Assembly: GCA_025594325.1 (NCBI GenBank)
Contig: JANHCV010000001.1
Coordinates: 2,604,001 to 2,668,000 of the forward strand
Direction: 5' to 3'
DNA length: 64,000 bases
Origin: Blastocladiella emersonii ATCC 22665
Taxonomy: Eukaryota > Fungi > Blastocladiomycota
Shown here: piece after piece, positions 33,852 to 44,915 of the stretch
Position numbering within the stretch: position 1 is the first letter of the stretch
Layout of the letters: each line of letters starts with the position of its first letter
Made by a program: the position numbers and the translations under genes
Notes under the pieces: generated by a model
What the model was told of the DNA's origin: nothing
The model's database searches: none
What the model saw: only the letters and a program-made list of their open reading frames with translations

Positions 33852-34436
33852 TTAGGCGGACTTGGTCTCGCCGTACAGCGCGGCCTTCTTCTCGGCGGCG
33901 CGCTGGGCCTTGCGCTCGCGGGCAGCCTTGGCCTTGAGGCGGTGGGCGGCGGCCTGGTCGGCGAGGGCCTTGGTGCGGGCCTTCTCGGCCTTGACCTTGA
34001 AGATGTACTCCATGAGGACGCGCTTGTTCTTGAACACGTTACCCTTGGACTTGAGGTACAGCTCGTGGTACAGGTGGCGGTCGATCTTGCCGGCCTCGCG
34101 GTACTTGCGGAGGAGGCGGCGCAGGACACGCTGGCGGCGCATCCACAGCGTGGCCGTGGGCATGCGGGCCTCGCGGGTACCGTGGCGCTTACCGGTGCCG
34201 GTGTGGCGGCCCTTGCGCTTGGCGGCGAGGCGCTCGCGGACGCGGAAGCGGGAGACGGCAGCCTCGGGCTTGCGGACAATGTAGCCCGACTTGATCAGCT
34301 TGCGGATCGAGGCGCGCGACGAGGCCTTGTTGATGTCGGTCGTCTCGTTGGGGTCAAGCCAGATCTTGCGCTTGCCGCAGTCGAGGACGGAGGCGGCGAG
34401 CCGCTTCTGGAGCTTGAGGGAGACCCTGGTGGTCAT
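33852..34436 (-). CDS. RPL19: 60S ribosomal protein eL19
   Basis: [70 protein letters not shown]. Confidence 0.99.
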   Translation of the reverse strand: MTTRVSLKLQKRLAASVLDCGKRKIWLDPNETTDINKASSRASIRKLIKSGYIVRKPEAAVSRFRVRERLAAKRKGRHTGTGKRHGTREARMPTATLWMRRQRVLRRLLRKYREAGKIDRHLYHELYLKSKGNVFKNKRVLMEYIFKVKAEKARTKALADQAAAHRLKAKAARERKAQRAAEKKAALYGETKSA

Positions 34437-34614
34437 GGCGAGAGTGGGGTGGTTAGTGGGTGGGTGGGATGGGGTGGATGGATGTGCGTGGCGCAAGGGT
34501 GAGAGGGAGTGGAGGTGGATGCGACGTCGTCTTCGTCGTCAGGGAGCAGCCGCCGTCGAGAATCCAAGGCCGAGGTTGCCGGGGAGCGGCCCACATTTGA
34601 GGGGGAAGCGAGTT

Positions 34615-34698
34615 GGGTTGAGTCGACCGGGCCGGCGAGGCTTTGCCGCGGCTGCGCACCTCCCCTCGCCACCCACCGCTCCGCCGGGTTGAGTCGAC
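34615..34698. promoter_or_regulatory. Two copies of GGGTTGAGTCGAC upstream of RPL19
   Basis: Exact 13-mer at 34615 and 34686. Confidence 0.4.
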
Positions 34699-35582
34699 TC
34701 GGCGGCGGGAGACGCGGGAGGGGCACGCAGGCCCGTGGGACATGCACGCTCCTCAAAGGCGAGCAGCATCGCACGTCGAGGGATGCGGGCGCGCGCGAGG
34801 TGCGTCACGATGCAGATCACCCTGCATCGATCTGCGCGAGGTGCCGAGGTTCGCGATGGCCGAGGCGGGCCCAGCGGCGGACCGCGAGCGAGGTGGGGGT
34901 AGGCAGGCGAGCGCGAAGGCTGAGGCGCAGCGAGGGACCGGGTAGGTCGAGTTGGCGGGCGATGGCGACGAGCGACGGCTGCTATGACGACGAAGACGGC
35001 GAGCGTGTATGCGCGCGCGCGGCGAGCCGGCGGCGTCGAGGGAGAGGGCGGGGCGGAGCGCGGGCGCGCGGCACGGGCGGGCGGGACCCGTACATGTTGA
35101 ATATTCCACACACGAAGGATCCGCGGATAGGAGAGGGAAGAGGGAGCTCAACCGTTAGCGAGCGGCCGCAAAACAAGGCGGCCCGCGCGAGCACGGCGGC
35201 CCACGCCGCCCGTTGCCTGGGACCCCCGCCCGCCGCCGAGCCGCCCCTGGATACCGCCAACGTGACCATCACTCGGCGCTCAGCTGCCGCGCCGCTCGGC
35301 CGGGCCGGTCAGGTGGGGGCGTCGGTCAGGTGATGGGAGTGGCAGCTGACCGGTTTCCCCGCACTCCCCGCACGAGTGACGTCACGGCAGCGCCACCTCG
35401 GCCCCAGACGCGTTCGCTTCCCGGCGCGTGTGCGTGGCACGGCCAGCCCTTTGGCGGAAAAGAGAGGGGCATGCCGGCCGCCGTGGTCCCTTGCCGCTGC
35501 GTCTCCCCCAACGCGGACCAGTAGAAGATAAATCTGCCACGTACCAACCACCACGGATCGAGCACCGACCGAACCACACACC

Positions 35583-36980
35583 ATGGATCCCGTCATTGTA
35601 TCGACCTCGCCGGGCCTCGACCCGCTGGCCTCCACGGCCGCCTCGGCCGCCGCCGCGACCATGGCCGGGCTCGGCGCCAACGCCGCCACCGCCGGGTGGT
35701 CCGACAGCGTGCGGCACGCCCTGTCGCTGCTGTGCCTGCTCTACTACGTGGCCATCACCGCGACGTTGCTCCCGCTCAGCGTGGTCCCGCCGCTGCGCCG
35801 CCTGCTGATGCACGGCAAGCTGCTGGTCCGCGAGTCGGCCACCCAGTACGCCGCCCGCCGCACCGTGGCGCGGTCCGCCTCGCTCATGGGCGCGTCGCCG
35901 CACTCGGACGGGCCCGACACGGACTCGGACATTGACGGGCCCGGCGCTGCGGGCGCTGCCGCCGCCGCTGCCGCCGCCGTCGAGCCCGACTGGCTCACGA
36001 TCCTGCTGTCACTGCGCGTGCCCAAGTCGTGGTTCTCGCACTTCTACGTCGTCGCCATCGCCATGGCCGCGGGGCTCGCCGTGACGACGGGCGCGTCGTG
36101 GCCGCTGTTCCTGTTCGCGTGCCACGCCGCGCGCCGCCACTGGGAGCAGCGCCGCTTCTTTGCCGGGTCCGCGTCCAAGATGCACACGGGCCACTACCTG
36201 CTCGGCCTGTCCTTCTACGTCGCCACCCCGCTCACCATCGCGCTGGGCGTCGCCGACGCGCGCATCGACGGCACCTACGCCGCGCCGGGCTTCCTGCTCA
36301 CTTGGGCGTTCGTCTCGAGCAACCTCGCCCAGTGTATGCACCACTACTTCCTCTCCGTCACCCCGAAGCCGATCCCGCGCATGCCGAGCGTGCGCAGCGT
36401 ACGCGGCGGCGGCGGCGCGGGCGGGGCCACGCTCGTGCGCCGCGCCACCACCTCGCGCAGTATCTCGCGGCCGCGCCAGCCGGGGACGGGATCGCCCGGC
36501 ACCAGCACGCCGCCGCGCCCGATCGCGACGGGCAGCGGGAGCGCCATGGACTCGGGCGACTGGAGCGACGCGTCGACCTCGTCCAACGCGCCGCCACCCG
36601 TGCCGCTCGCGCGGACCACGGCCGCCTCGACGCCCGCCGCCGCGACGGGAACGGGGCCCGGCCCGCTGACCCCGCGCCGTGTGCGCGCAACGCGGTCCAT
36701 GTCCACCATGTCGACCACGTCCACACAGGGCACCGGCTCACACCCGGTCGTGTACAAGCTGCCGCAGCGCGGGCTGTTCAAGAAGGTAACGTGCCCGCAC
36801 TACCTGTTCGAGATCTCCATCTACGCGATCCTGTTCCTCATGTGCCCGACCCGCACCATGCTCGCGTGCCTGGTCTGGGTCACGGCCAACCTCACCGTCT
36901 CGGCCCACCAGTCGCACGAGTACTACCGCCAGATGAGCGGCAAGACGCGCCGGTATCGCATCTTCCCGGGTGTTTACTGA
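35583..36980 (+). CDS. DFG10: Polyprenol reductase (Dfg10/SRD5A3, steroid 5-alpha-reductase family)
   Basis: LMHGKL, VPKSWFSHFY, HAARRHWE, SKMHTGHYLLGLSFY, Y.LP..GLF..VTCPHYLFEI, YRIFPGVY. Confidence 0.9.
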   Translation: MDPVIVSTSPGLDPLASTAASAAAATMAGLGANAATAGWSDSVRHALSLLCLLYYVAITATLLPLSVVPPLRRLLMHGKLLVRESATQYAARRTVARSASLMGASPHSDGPDTDSDIDGPGAAGAAAAAAAAVEPDWLTILLSLRVPKSWFSHFYVVAIAMAAGLAVTTGASWPLFLFACHAARRHWEQRRFFAGSASKMHTGHYLLGLSFYVATPLTIALGVADARIDGTYAAPGFLLTWAFVSSNLAQCMHHYFLSVTPKPIPRMPSVRSVRGGGGAGGATLVRRATTSRSISRPRQPGTGSPGTSTPPRPIATGSGSAMDSGDWSDASTSSNAPPPVPLARTTAASTPAAATGTGPGPLTPRRVRATRSMSTMSTTSTQGTGSHPVVYKLPQRGLFKKVTCPHYLFEISIYAILFLMCPTRTMLACLVWVTANLTVSAHQSHEYYRQMSGKTRRYRIFPGVY

Positions 36981-37071
36981 ACAAAACGTGGAGACTTGAG
37001 CGCGCTCGAATGCTGAACAACAAAAGGTAATTGTACAACGGTTATATGTGTGCTATCCGCTCGCTCGCTCG

Positions 37072-39196
37072 TTAGAAAAAGTCGTGCAACGTGCGCTTCT
37101 GCTTCTTGGCTGGCCGTCGCGCTACGGCCGCGGCTGGCGACTCACGCTTGGCGACCACAGCCGTGGCCACGGGCCGCGGTAATGGCGGCGGCGACGGCTC
37201 GGCCGCGAGGTGTGCGCGCGTCAGGCACTCGTCGACGTGCCGGTTCACCTCGTCGTTGGGCGCGCCCGGCGCGAACACCTTGGTGTCACACACGGGACAC
37301 CGCGTCCCAGGTTCCTCGTCCTTGGGCGCGACCGGGACCGCGACCGCTGGTTCCGCGTCGGACGGCGGCGACGCGTCGCCCTTGACCTCCGCCGCCGCGG
37401 CAACAGCGCTCGATGGCCCAAAGAACCGGTGCAGTCCCTGCTTCGCGCGCGCGTCGAGGTCGAGCAGGTCCGCGACGCGTACACCAATGAGCCGGAGCTC
37501 GACGCCCGCGCCGCCGCCGCCGCCGCCGACAGCCGCGACCGCGTCCTCGAACGCGGCCATGGCGGGCCCGATCAGGTCGTCCTCGCCGCTGACGCACCGA
37601 CCGCCGGGGATCGCGCGGCCAACCTGGCGCACGACGAACCCGGAAGTTTTGACCTTGACGGCGAGGTGGCGCGCGCCGTAGTGCTTCTCCTTGAGCTCGG
37701 CGGCGACCTCGGCCACGACGCGCGTCACCACGTCCGTCCACTGCGCCGCGCTGGTCGTCGCGCGGAAGGTGCGTTCGGCCGAGATGGATTTGGGCATGCC
37801 GCGCTCGCTACAATCACGGCCTCAGCGAACCCATCACAAAGTGAGTGAACAGAAAACGTACCCAGAGACCCGCGTCGACCCGATCCCCATGGCGGCGCGC
37901 AGGATGAACGCAAACGCCTTCTCGGACAGGACGAGCGACAGGAGGCCGGCGTTGGCGAGGACCTCGCTGCCGGTGCGCACGCCGAGCGCGTCGAGCGTGT
38001 GCTCGGTGACCTTGCCGACGCCCGAGATCTTGCGCATGCGCAGGTCGCGCATGAAGGCCACGACGCGGTCGCGGTCGCCCGGGAGGTAGTGCTGGCCGTT
38101 GGGCTTGTTCAGGTCCGAGCCGATCTTGGCGAGCATCCTACACGACGAGAGTCAGTCGAGTCGGTAGGATGTCAGGATATAGAGTACGGACTTGTTGGGC
38201 GCGATGCCCGCGGACGCCGTGAGCTGCGTAGCCTCGGTGATCTTCTGCCGAATCTCCTCGACCACGGGCTGCGGGTCCGTCAACCCGCGCGCGGCGAGGT
38301 ATTCGGTAAGGTCAATGTACGACTCGTCGAGGCCGACGGGCTGCATGTTGGGGTCGTAGCGGGCGAGGACGCCGCGGACGAGCTTGCTGAGGGCGCGGTA
38401 CCGGTCGAACCGGAGCGGCGTGATGACGAGGTGCGGGCACAGCTTCATGGCAATGTACCCGGGCATGGCGGCGCGCACGCCGAACTTGCGCGCGGCGTAG
38501 TTGGCCGTGCACAGCATCGACATGCCGCCGACGGCCATGGGCACGTCGCGCAGGGACGGGTTGTCGAGCTCCTCGACGCTCGCGTAGAAGGCGTCCATGT
38601 CAAAGTGTACGATGGTCCGCGACACGTCCCGCGCAGCCTCGAGGTCACGCATCGTGCGCTCCGCGGCGGACTGCGCGTGCTGGATGGCCGACGCCGGCAG
38701 TTTTGCGAGCTGCGCGCGCAGCCGCGCGATCTTGGCGTCGGTCGCGGCCGACTTGCGCTCCTCGTTCTGGTAGTAGGCCGAGCCGCGCGACATTTGCACA
38801 ATCGTCTCATGTACCTTGGCGAGCGGCGCGGAACCTAGTCCCAACCGGGTTAGGTTCCGAGTGTGTGCTCCGACGGCGACGGCAACGGCGTAGCGTACCC
38901 ATGCCGGCCTTTTGTGCGCAATAGGCGAAGCGGTACGTGACGTTCTCGCCATCGGCGGGCGGCGGCGCACTCGACGAAGACGCGGCCTGGTCCGACGTTT
39001 CTTCAAACTCGAATCTATCCCCATTCTCATGCTCAGCATCTTCGTCGTCATCGTCGGCCTGCTGCGAGAGCCACGCAAAATCGGCGGCGAGCTCTTCCTC
39101 GTTTGCCTCTTCCTCGCCGCCGCCCTCGTCCACCTCGGTAGCTTCTCTCAATTCATCAATTGCATGTGGTGGCTCTAGTGTGCCAGTTTGCTCCAT
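37072..39196 (-). CDS. POLK: DNA polymerase kappa (Y-family, DinB-like); multi-exon
   Basis: CAQKAGM, SRGSAYYQNE, VHFDMDAFYASVE, CTANYAARKFGVRAAMPG, VGLDESYID, ASAGIAPNK-MLAKIGSDLNKPNGQ, C-terminal UBZ CPVC..HVDEC. Confidence 0.93.
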
Positions 39197-39400
39197 GGTT
39201 GTGCAATCGCGCGGTTCAAGGCGAGGGAGAGAGCGGGCTGTCCCGCAAGGAGTCACCGGCGGCCGCGCCGCGCCGAAGCCGAGAGACGCGCCGCGATCAC
39301 CTGAGCGCGGCCGGCGCGTCGTCGTCAGCGCTTCTCGGCCGCGCCGATCCCCGCTCTCTCTTCCCTTCAAGCAACGCCATCACCGCAACGCATCAACACC

Positions 39401-40992
39401 ATGGTCCATGCAATCCAGGCGCAAGAGGTCGCGCGCGCCGGGTACCCGGTGCTGTGCGACCTGCTGGTGCAGTTCACGCGCGCGTTCCCCGTCGACGACG
39501 AGTCGGGCGACCCGCTGACGTCGGTCGTGGCGCTCGCCCTCGAGACCCTGCAGTACCACCTGCGCGGGCCCGACGCTGAAGCGGTCCGCGACTACATCCG
39601 CGACTCGGTCTCGCTCGACACGCTGTTCGGGTTCCTCGCCGCCGACGACGATGAGGTCGTGCGCGCCGCGTGCTTGCTCATCGAGACGTTTGCTTCGCCC
39701 ATGGATGCTACCTCACTCCTTGAGTCGGAGGAGATGATGCGCGTTGGCCTCGCTCACCCGAACGGCGCCGTGCGCGCCCTCGTCGTGCGGATGCTCAAGC
39801 GGCTCGCGCCGGCGGACTGGGTGCGTGACGGTTGCTACTCCATGTAAGACTGTTCCCTCACCCCATACCGGTTATCTAGTCGGCCGATCTCGCTGCCGCC
39901 GTCCTCGCCGCCGTCCAGCACGCGAGCGTGCCCGTGTACGACGCGTACCTGTCGCTCCTGCTCGACGCGCCGCTCGCGACAGCCCTCCTCGCGCCTGCCG
40001 CGGCGCACTCGGTCCTGACCGAGAAGCTGCTCAAGGACCGCGTGCACCAGTTCCGCGGCCTTGAGATCCTGGCCCGCGCGCTGCGCCTGTCGGCCACGCT
40101 CTCCACCACCCTGCGCGCGCCCGAGACCCTCGCCGCCCTGTTCACGCGCGTCCAGTCGAACCCGCTCGACTACGCCGTGTACTGCGAGACGCTCGCGGCG
40201 CAGCTCGCGCCCGAGTCGCCGCTGCCGGGCACGCCCGCCCCGCTGGTCGCTGCGCTCGACGCCGCTGAGGTCCCCGCCGCGATCCTCAAGCGGACCCGCG
40301 CCGAGCAGGACGCCGAGGCCGGGACCTCTGTCCTCCTCGCCTACGCGTCGGCCGCGCCCACTGGCCCGTGCACCACGGCGATCCTCGACCTCGCTGCTGA
40401 ATCCGTCGAGGGCGCCGCGTCGGACCAGGTCCTCGCCCTGACCACGCTGCGCGGCCTCGCGCGCCCGCCGCTCGCCGACGCGATCGCCGCGCACCCGCGC
40501 CTGGGCGGGGTCCTCGCCGACACGGTTCGCCGGCTCGGGACCATCGCCACGCCCGTCCGCAGCGGCGTGCTGCAGCTCGTGGCGGCGCTGGCCCCGCACT
40601 CGCGCGCGTTCCTCGCCGCCGTGTGGCCGGGGGAGCCCGACGCCGACGGCGCGGCGCAGGCGTGGCTCGCGGCCGCGGTCGCGGCGGCGTCGCACGTCGA
40701 CGACGGGGTCAAGGAGGCGGGCATGGCGGGGATGCTCGCGCTCGCGAGCACCGAGTGGGGCCGGCGCGCGCTGCTGCGCGACGACCGCGTCGCGTACCTG
40801 CTGGACCGCGATCGCGCCGCGTCCGTCGACGTCAAGCGCGCCAAGTACGCGGTCGTCGAGCGGCTCGCGCAGCACGCGGCGGGCGAGGGCGTCGACCCCG
40901 CCCTGGTGCGCCAGCTCACGCAGTTTGTGCGGCAGGGCCCGTACTACATGCCGCGGACCGCGGGCGTGCAGATCTTTGACGAGTCCGTGTGA
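39401..40992 (+). CDS. 26S proteasome base assembly chaperone PSMD5/Hsm3-like (ARM/HEAT); one intron near 39820-39880
   Basis: All-helical repeat character; C-terminal KRAKYAVV..LTQFVRQGPYY resembles the PSMD5 C-terminus. Confidence 0.65.
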
Positions 40993-41047
40993 AGTGCGGA
41001 AACCTTCTTGTGTATATCAACCAATCAAACAGCAGCCAGCCGATTTT

Positions 41048-41947
41048 TTACAGCATCTTGTGGATCGTGTCGGGCTCGACGCACTGGTCGAGGGTGCCGG
41101 CGTCGAGGTGGTCCCACCACTGGAACAGGAACGACTCGCAGATGAGGCGGAACCACGGCGTGAGCTTGATGTCGCCGACCTCGGCGGCCTTGAACATGGC
41201 GCGCAGCTCGTCGCGCGTCACGTAGCGCGTGGCCTTGACCTCGTTGGGCGACGGGACCATGGCGACGGGCGCCGTCTTCTTGGCGACGAAGATGTAGTCG
41301 ACCTCGTGCTCGCCCCAGGTGCCGTCGGAGGGGGCAAGGTAGTGGATGCGCGTGAGGAACTGGAGGTCGTCGATGCCGACAGCCGTGATGCCGAGCTCGT
41401 GGTCGAGCTTGCGCACGGCCGCGGTACGCGCGCCGAGGTGCTTCTCGGCAACGAGCTCGTCCTGCTTGGCGAGCGGGTGCGAGCAGCACGTGTTGGTCCA
41501 GTACCCGGGGAACGTGATCTTCTCGTCGGCGCGCTGCTGCAGGAGCAGGCGGTGGTCGGCGTCGAACAGGAAGACCGAGAAGGCGCGGTGCAGCATGCCC
41601 GCGTTGATGTTGGTCATGAGGTGCGTGTTCTTCTTGGACTCGAAGCCCGTGACGCGGTCCGCGCCGTCGACCAGGATGCACATCTCCTCCATGAGCCGCA
41701 CCTGCTCGGCGTCGTAGCCGGCAAGCGACACCTCAACGGCGGGCGCCGCCGCGTGCGTCGTGGCCGCAGCCGTGGTCGTGTTGGTGGTCTGGTGGGGCGA
41801 CATGACGGTCATGGTGGGAGCAAAGGCGCGGGAGGAGAGGAGGGCGCGGTGCGCGGTCGAGCACCAGGGGGTTCCGATCGGGACGCGTGTCGCTCCCGCA
41901 GTGGTGTTCAAGGATCGGATCAGGGTCCGTGGCAAGAAGCGATGCAT
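41048..41947 (-). CDS. IDI1: Isopentenyl-diphosphate delta-isomerase; in-frame ATGs at 41947 and 41812
   Basis: EQVRLMEEMCILVD, LHRAFSVFLF, LQQRADEKITFPGYWTNTCCSHP, RKLDHELG, WGEHEVDY, TPWFRLI. Confidence 0.97.
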   Translation of the reverse strand: MHRFLPRTLIRSLNTTAGATRVPIGTPWCSTAHRALLSSRAFAPTMTVMSPHQTTNTTTAAATTHAAAPAVEVSLAGYDAEQVRLMEEMCILVDGADRVTGFESKKNTHLMTNINAGMLHRAFSVFLFDADHRLLLQQRADEKITFPGYWTNTCCSHPLAKQDELVAEKHLGARTAAVRKLDHELGITAVGIDDLQFLTRIHYLAPSDGTWGEHEVDYIFVAKKTAPVAMVPSPNEVKATRYVTRDELRAMFKAAEVGDIKLTPWFRLICESFLFQWWDHLDAGTLDQCVEPDTIHKML

Positions 41948-42141
41948 TGCAAAGAGAGCGGCGAGTCTCCTGAGGGCCTTTGATGGGGAACGCTGGCTGC
42001 CGCTCGCTGCAGCTGGCGGGCGGCGCCGCCGCACACGCGCGCGCGACGAGCTCGAAGCCACTCCTCGCGCCGGTCACGCCGCCATCCAGCCCATCTCGAT
42101 CACACCAAAAACGCACCCAGCCACCGCCGCCGGACCACGGC

Positions 42142-42253
42142 CGGATTCCGCTGAACCCCGCCACCCCTCAGCGAGGCAAGCCGGATCCCGCTGTCCGCCC
42201 ACCCCAGCCGGATCCTCCTGCCGTCCGCCATCCCCCGCTCGCAGGAATCCGCC
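42142..42253. repeat. Left subterminal repeat cluster (CGGATTCCGCTG and variants)
   Basis: CGGATTCCGCTGA at 42142, CGGATCCCGCT at 42182, CCGGATCC at 42208, GGAATCCGCC at 42244. Confidence 0.7.
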
Positions 42254-43855
42254 TCCCCTCCGCCACGGCTGGCCCAACTCACCTCCCTTCGCTCATGCGC
42301 ACCCCCTGCCGCCACCTCGCGACTCCCCATGAATATACAGCTCTTGTCTGAACTTATCGCAACGTGGATTTAAAGTCCTTGTGAGCCTGCCGCCGTCGCG
42401 GGGTTGCTGCCCGCTCCCACCCGACGCAGGGCCGTGCTTGCCCACTCCCCCCTCGTTCCCCGCGCTTGGAGCGGTCCCCTCGCGCGTATCACATCCCCTT
42501 GTGCGCGTCACGGCAGCAGCCAACCACCTCTCCTTGAGCTCGTCCAACGCCGCGACGCGCTTCACGCAGCCGCCTAGTCCGCCCACGCCCGCGCACGCCC
42601 ACCTCGGCCCTCGTGCCCGTCGCCGCCTGTCGTGACGCACGCGCTCGTCCTCCTCCGCACGTTGACGCCGGGACTTGTGCTCGCGACGGCTCGGCGCGCA
42701 AGGGCCTCTGCCTCGCGCGATGCAAGCGACGTGCAGTCCGCGTGCAGCCACGTGAGCGATGGCGATCGAAGGTTGGGGCGACCCGGCCCCTAAAGGCCGG
42801 CGCACCGCCGCCCGCCTCCCGCTCCCTCCGCGCCGCGCTCTGCTGCTGTCCCTCACCCTCACAACCCGCGGTGCCGCCAGCACGCCCCCGACCCTCTGCT
42901 CGACGACAGCACCACGTAACCCGCCACGTCCTTCGATACCGCAGCGCTCGCTGGCCGGCCGCGCGAGGACCATCTCGCCGTCCGTCACCTTGTTCGCCCG
43001 CGCCATGCGTCGACGCACGTTGACGGCGGCCAGTGTGACCATGGCGCGCTCGGATCCTCCCACGGTGCACGTTGCTCGTGCTCACTCGAACCGCCGCCGT
43101 GTAGTGACGCTCGCCCACATCCCATCGCGCAGTACACAAGATCCACACAAGATCCACACGGCCACATCCCGCCAGGTATGTATGCCGCTCCAACTCGATC
43201 GCGACCGTCCTCGCTCCGCGCCGACTGCCTCGACAGCATCGCGACAGCACGGTTCGCCGACCTCGATCAGCTCGCCGCCCCGCTCACTGTTCGACTCTTG
43301 CCAACTCTTCACGCCTCTTTGCCCCATCTCATCGTCGTTAGCCGCACGCCCTCACTCCTTCGCTTTCTCTCGCACAGCTAGCGCCAAGTTCGACGAACCC
43401 GCGCTCGACCTAACGGTGATCGTGTCCGCGTACGTGTGTGCTCCGTCGGTCTCGGCCGCTCAGCACAAGTCCCTGGGCCACCTCTCCGCGCGACTCACTC
43501 GGTTTCCTCCTCGTCTCGATCTCGACCAAGGCCGTCGTCCCGCCCGACCAAGGTGTCGTATCCGCCGCAACAAGCTCCAGGTCGCTCCGCGCATGCTCCC
43601 GCCCAACTCGTCACCAAGGCCTCGTTCTAACGGCCCGTTCACTTACTGCTCCACCTGTCGACTGGACGCGGCCTGCCGCTCGTCGCGATCCCGTCGGTCT
43701 CCTGTGCCAGTAGCAACTGGCGGACTCGTATATCATTAATAAACTCGCCCGCAGCGGCTCTTCATGTCTATCTCATCCGCCTAATATTGAGGGAGCGCGC
43801 TGACTGAAGGGAGCGAACCCGCTTTTATCACGCTGTTAAAGTCAGAGGATTTATG

Positions 43856-44013
43856 GCGGAGTCCGTTGACGTGAGAAGCCGGATGCAGGGCAGTTTCCGC
43901 CTTCCAGCGGACGGGCGGCGGATTCCGCTGAGGCGCGCTCAGCCCGGATCCGCCTGAGTTTCAGCGGATCCCGGCGGCGGTCCGGTGACCCCTCCGGAAG
44001 GCGGATTCCGCTG
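43856..44013. repeat. Right subterminal repeat cluster (GCGGATTCCGCTG and variants)
   Basis: GCGGATTCCGCTGA at 43918, CGGATCCGCC at ~43945, TCAGCGGATCCCGG at 43961, GGCGGATTCCGCTG at 44000. Confidence 0.75.
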
Positions 44014-44525
44014 GCCATCCTGCTGGGTGCGCTTTTGGTGTGGATGCAAAAGCGCTTGCCGCTGATGAATCACATGAACAAGGTTTTCCGGCGCTTCGAA
44101 GAAGGTTGTGACGTCACCGCGGCCTGCGCCTCATCGCCACCGCGACGCCTGTCAGCGCGGCAACGCCGACGGCCGCCCAACACGGCGATGACGACGGCAG
44201 CGCAGCGCGATGCACGCGGGTTGATGGATCGTCTCGCGATGGACGCGTTGCACGAGGAGGCCAGCTCGGCAGGGAGAATGTAGTGTTGCTGGGATCCCTC
44301 CCGAGTTGCCGTCGGATGCCGCTGCAGCGACGCGCGTGTGTCCGACGGCGCCGACCACCTCCACCACCGTGGCAGCGTCTGGTTGGCTGCTGTACGCTCG
44401 GGTGGCTGAGCAACAGCGGCGGGGAAGCGGCGTCGGGGTCGGGGTCGGCGGAAACCCCAACGGAATGTGATGTCTCAGCTCGATCACGGCGCCGAGCCAG
44501 GCGCCCAGGGACTCGACGCCGCCCC

Positions 44526-44531
44526 TATAAA
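44526..44531 (+). promoter_or_regulatory. Candidate TATA box of INO1
   Basis: TATAAA followed by a pyrimidine-rich leader, ~390 nt upstream of the ATG. Confidence 0.4.
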
Positions 44532-44915
44532 GCAGCACAGCGCCCCCCGCCGCCCACGCTCTCTCCTGCTCTCCCCCACCCCGATCGTCTGACCTCATCC
44601 TCACCGATCTGCCCCCCGGCCTCTCGACAGCACCAGCGCCCATCCCGACGCTCCAGTGCTGCACGGCCGACCGACTCTAACGTCGCCAAACTGTTCTCGA
44701 ACGGTCTCTTTTCCAAGCACAACGCTCATGTACGCCGCACTCCGCCTCCCTCGCCGAGCTTACCTCCATGAGCGCTGTGCTTACGATCGCCCCCTCGCCA
44801 CCGATGTAGCGCGGAAAGAAGCGGGTCGCCGGTGACATACGAAGTGCTTGAACACTCTTCCTCTCCCCCGCTTCCACTACCTCCCCCTTCCTCTGCACCC
44901 CCGACTCGACCAACC

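Larger units (their letters stand above)
42101..44042. mobile_element. Non-autonomous TIR DNA transposon, CMC/CACTA-like (1,942 bp)
   Basis: Left end CACACCAAAAACGCACCCAGC (42101-21) versus reverse complement of the right end CACACCAAAAGCGCACCCAGC (44022-42), 20/21 identical. GAT lies immediately outside both ends (3-bp TSD). Subterminal repeats present; no transposase ORF. Confidence 0.75.
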
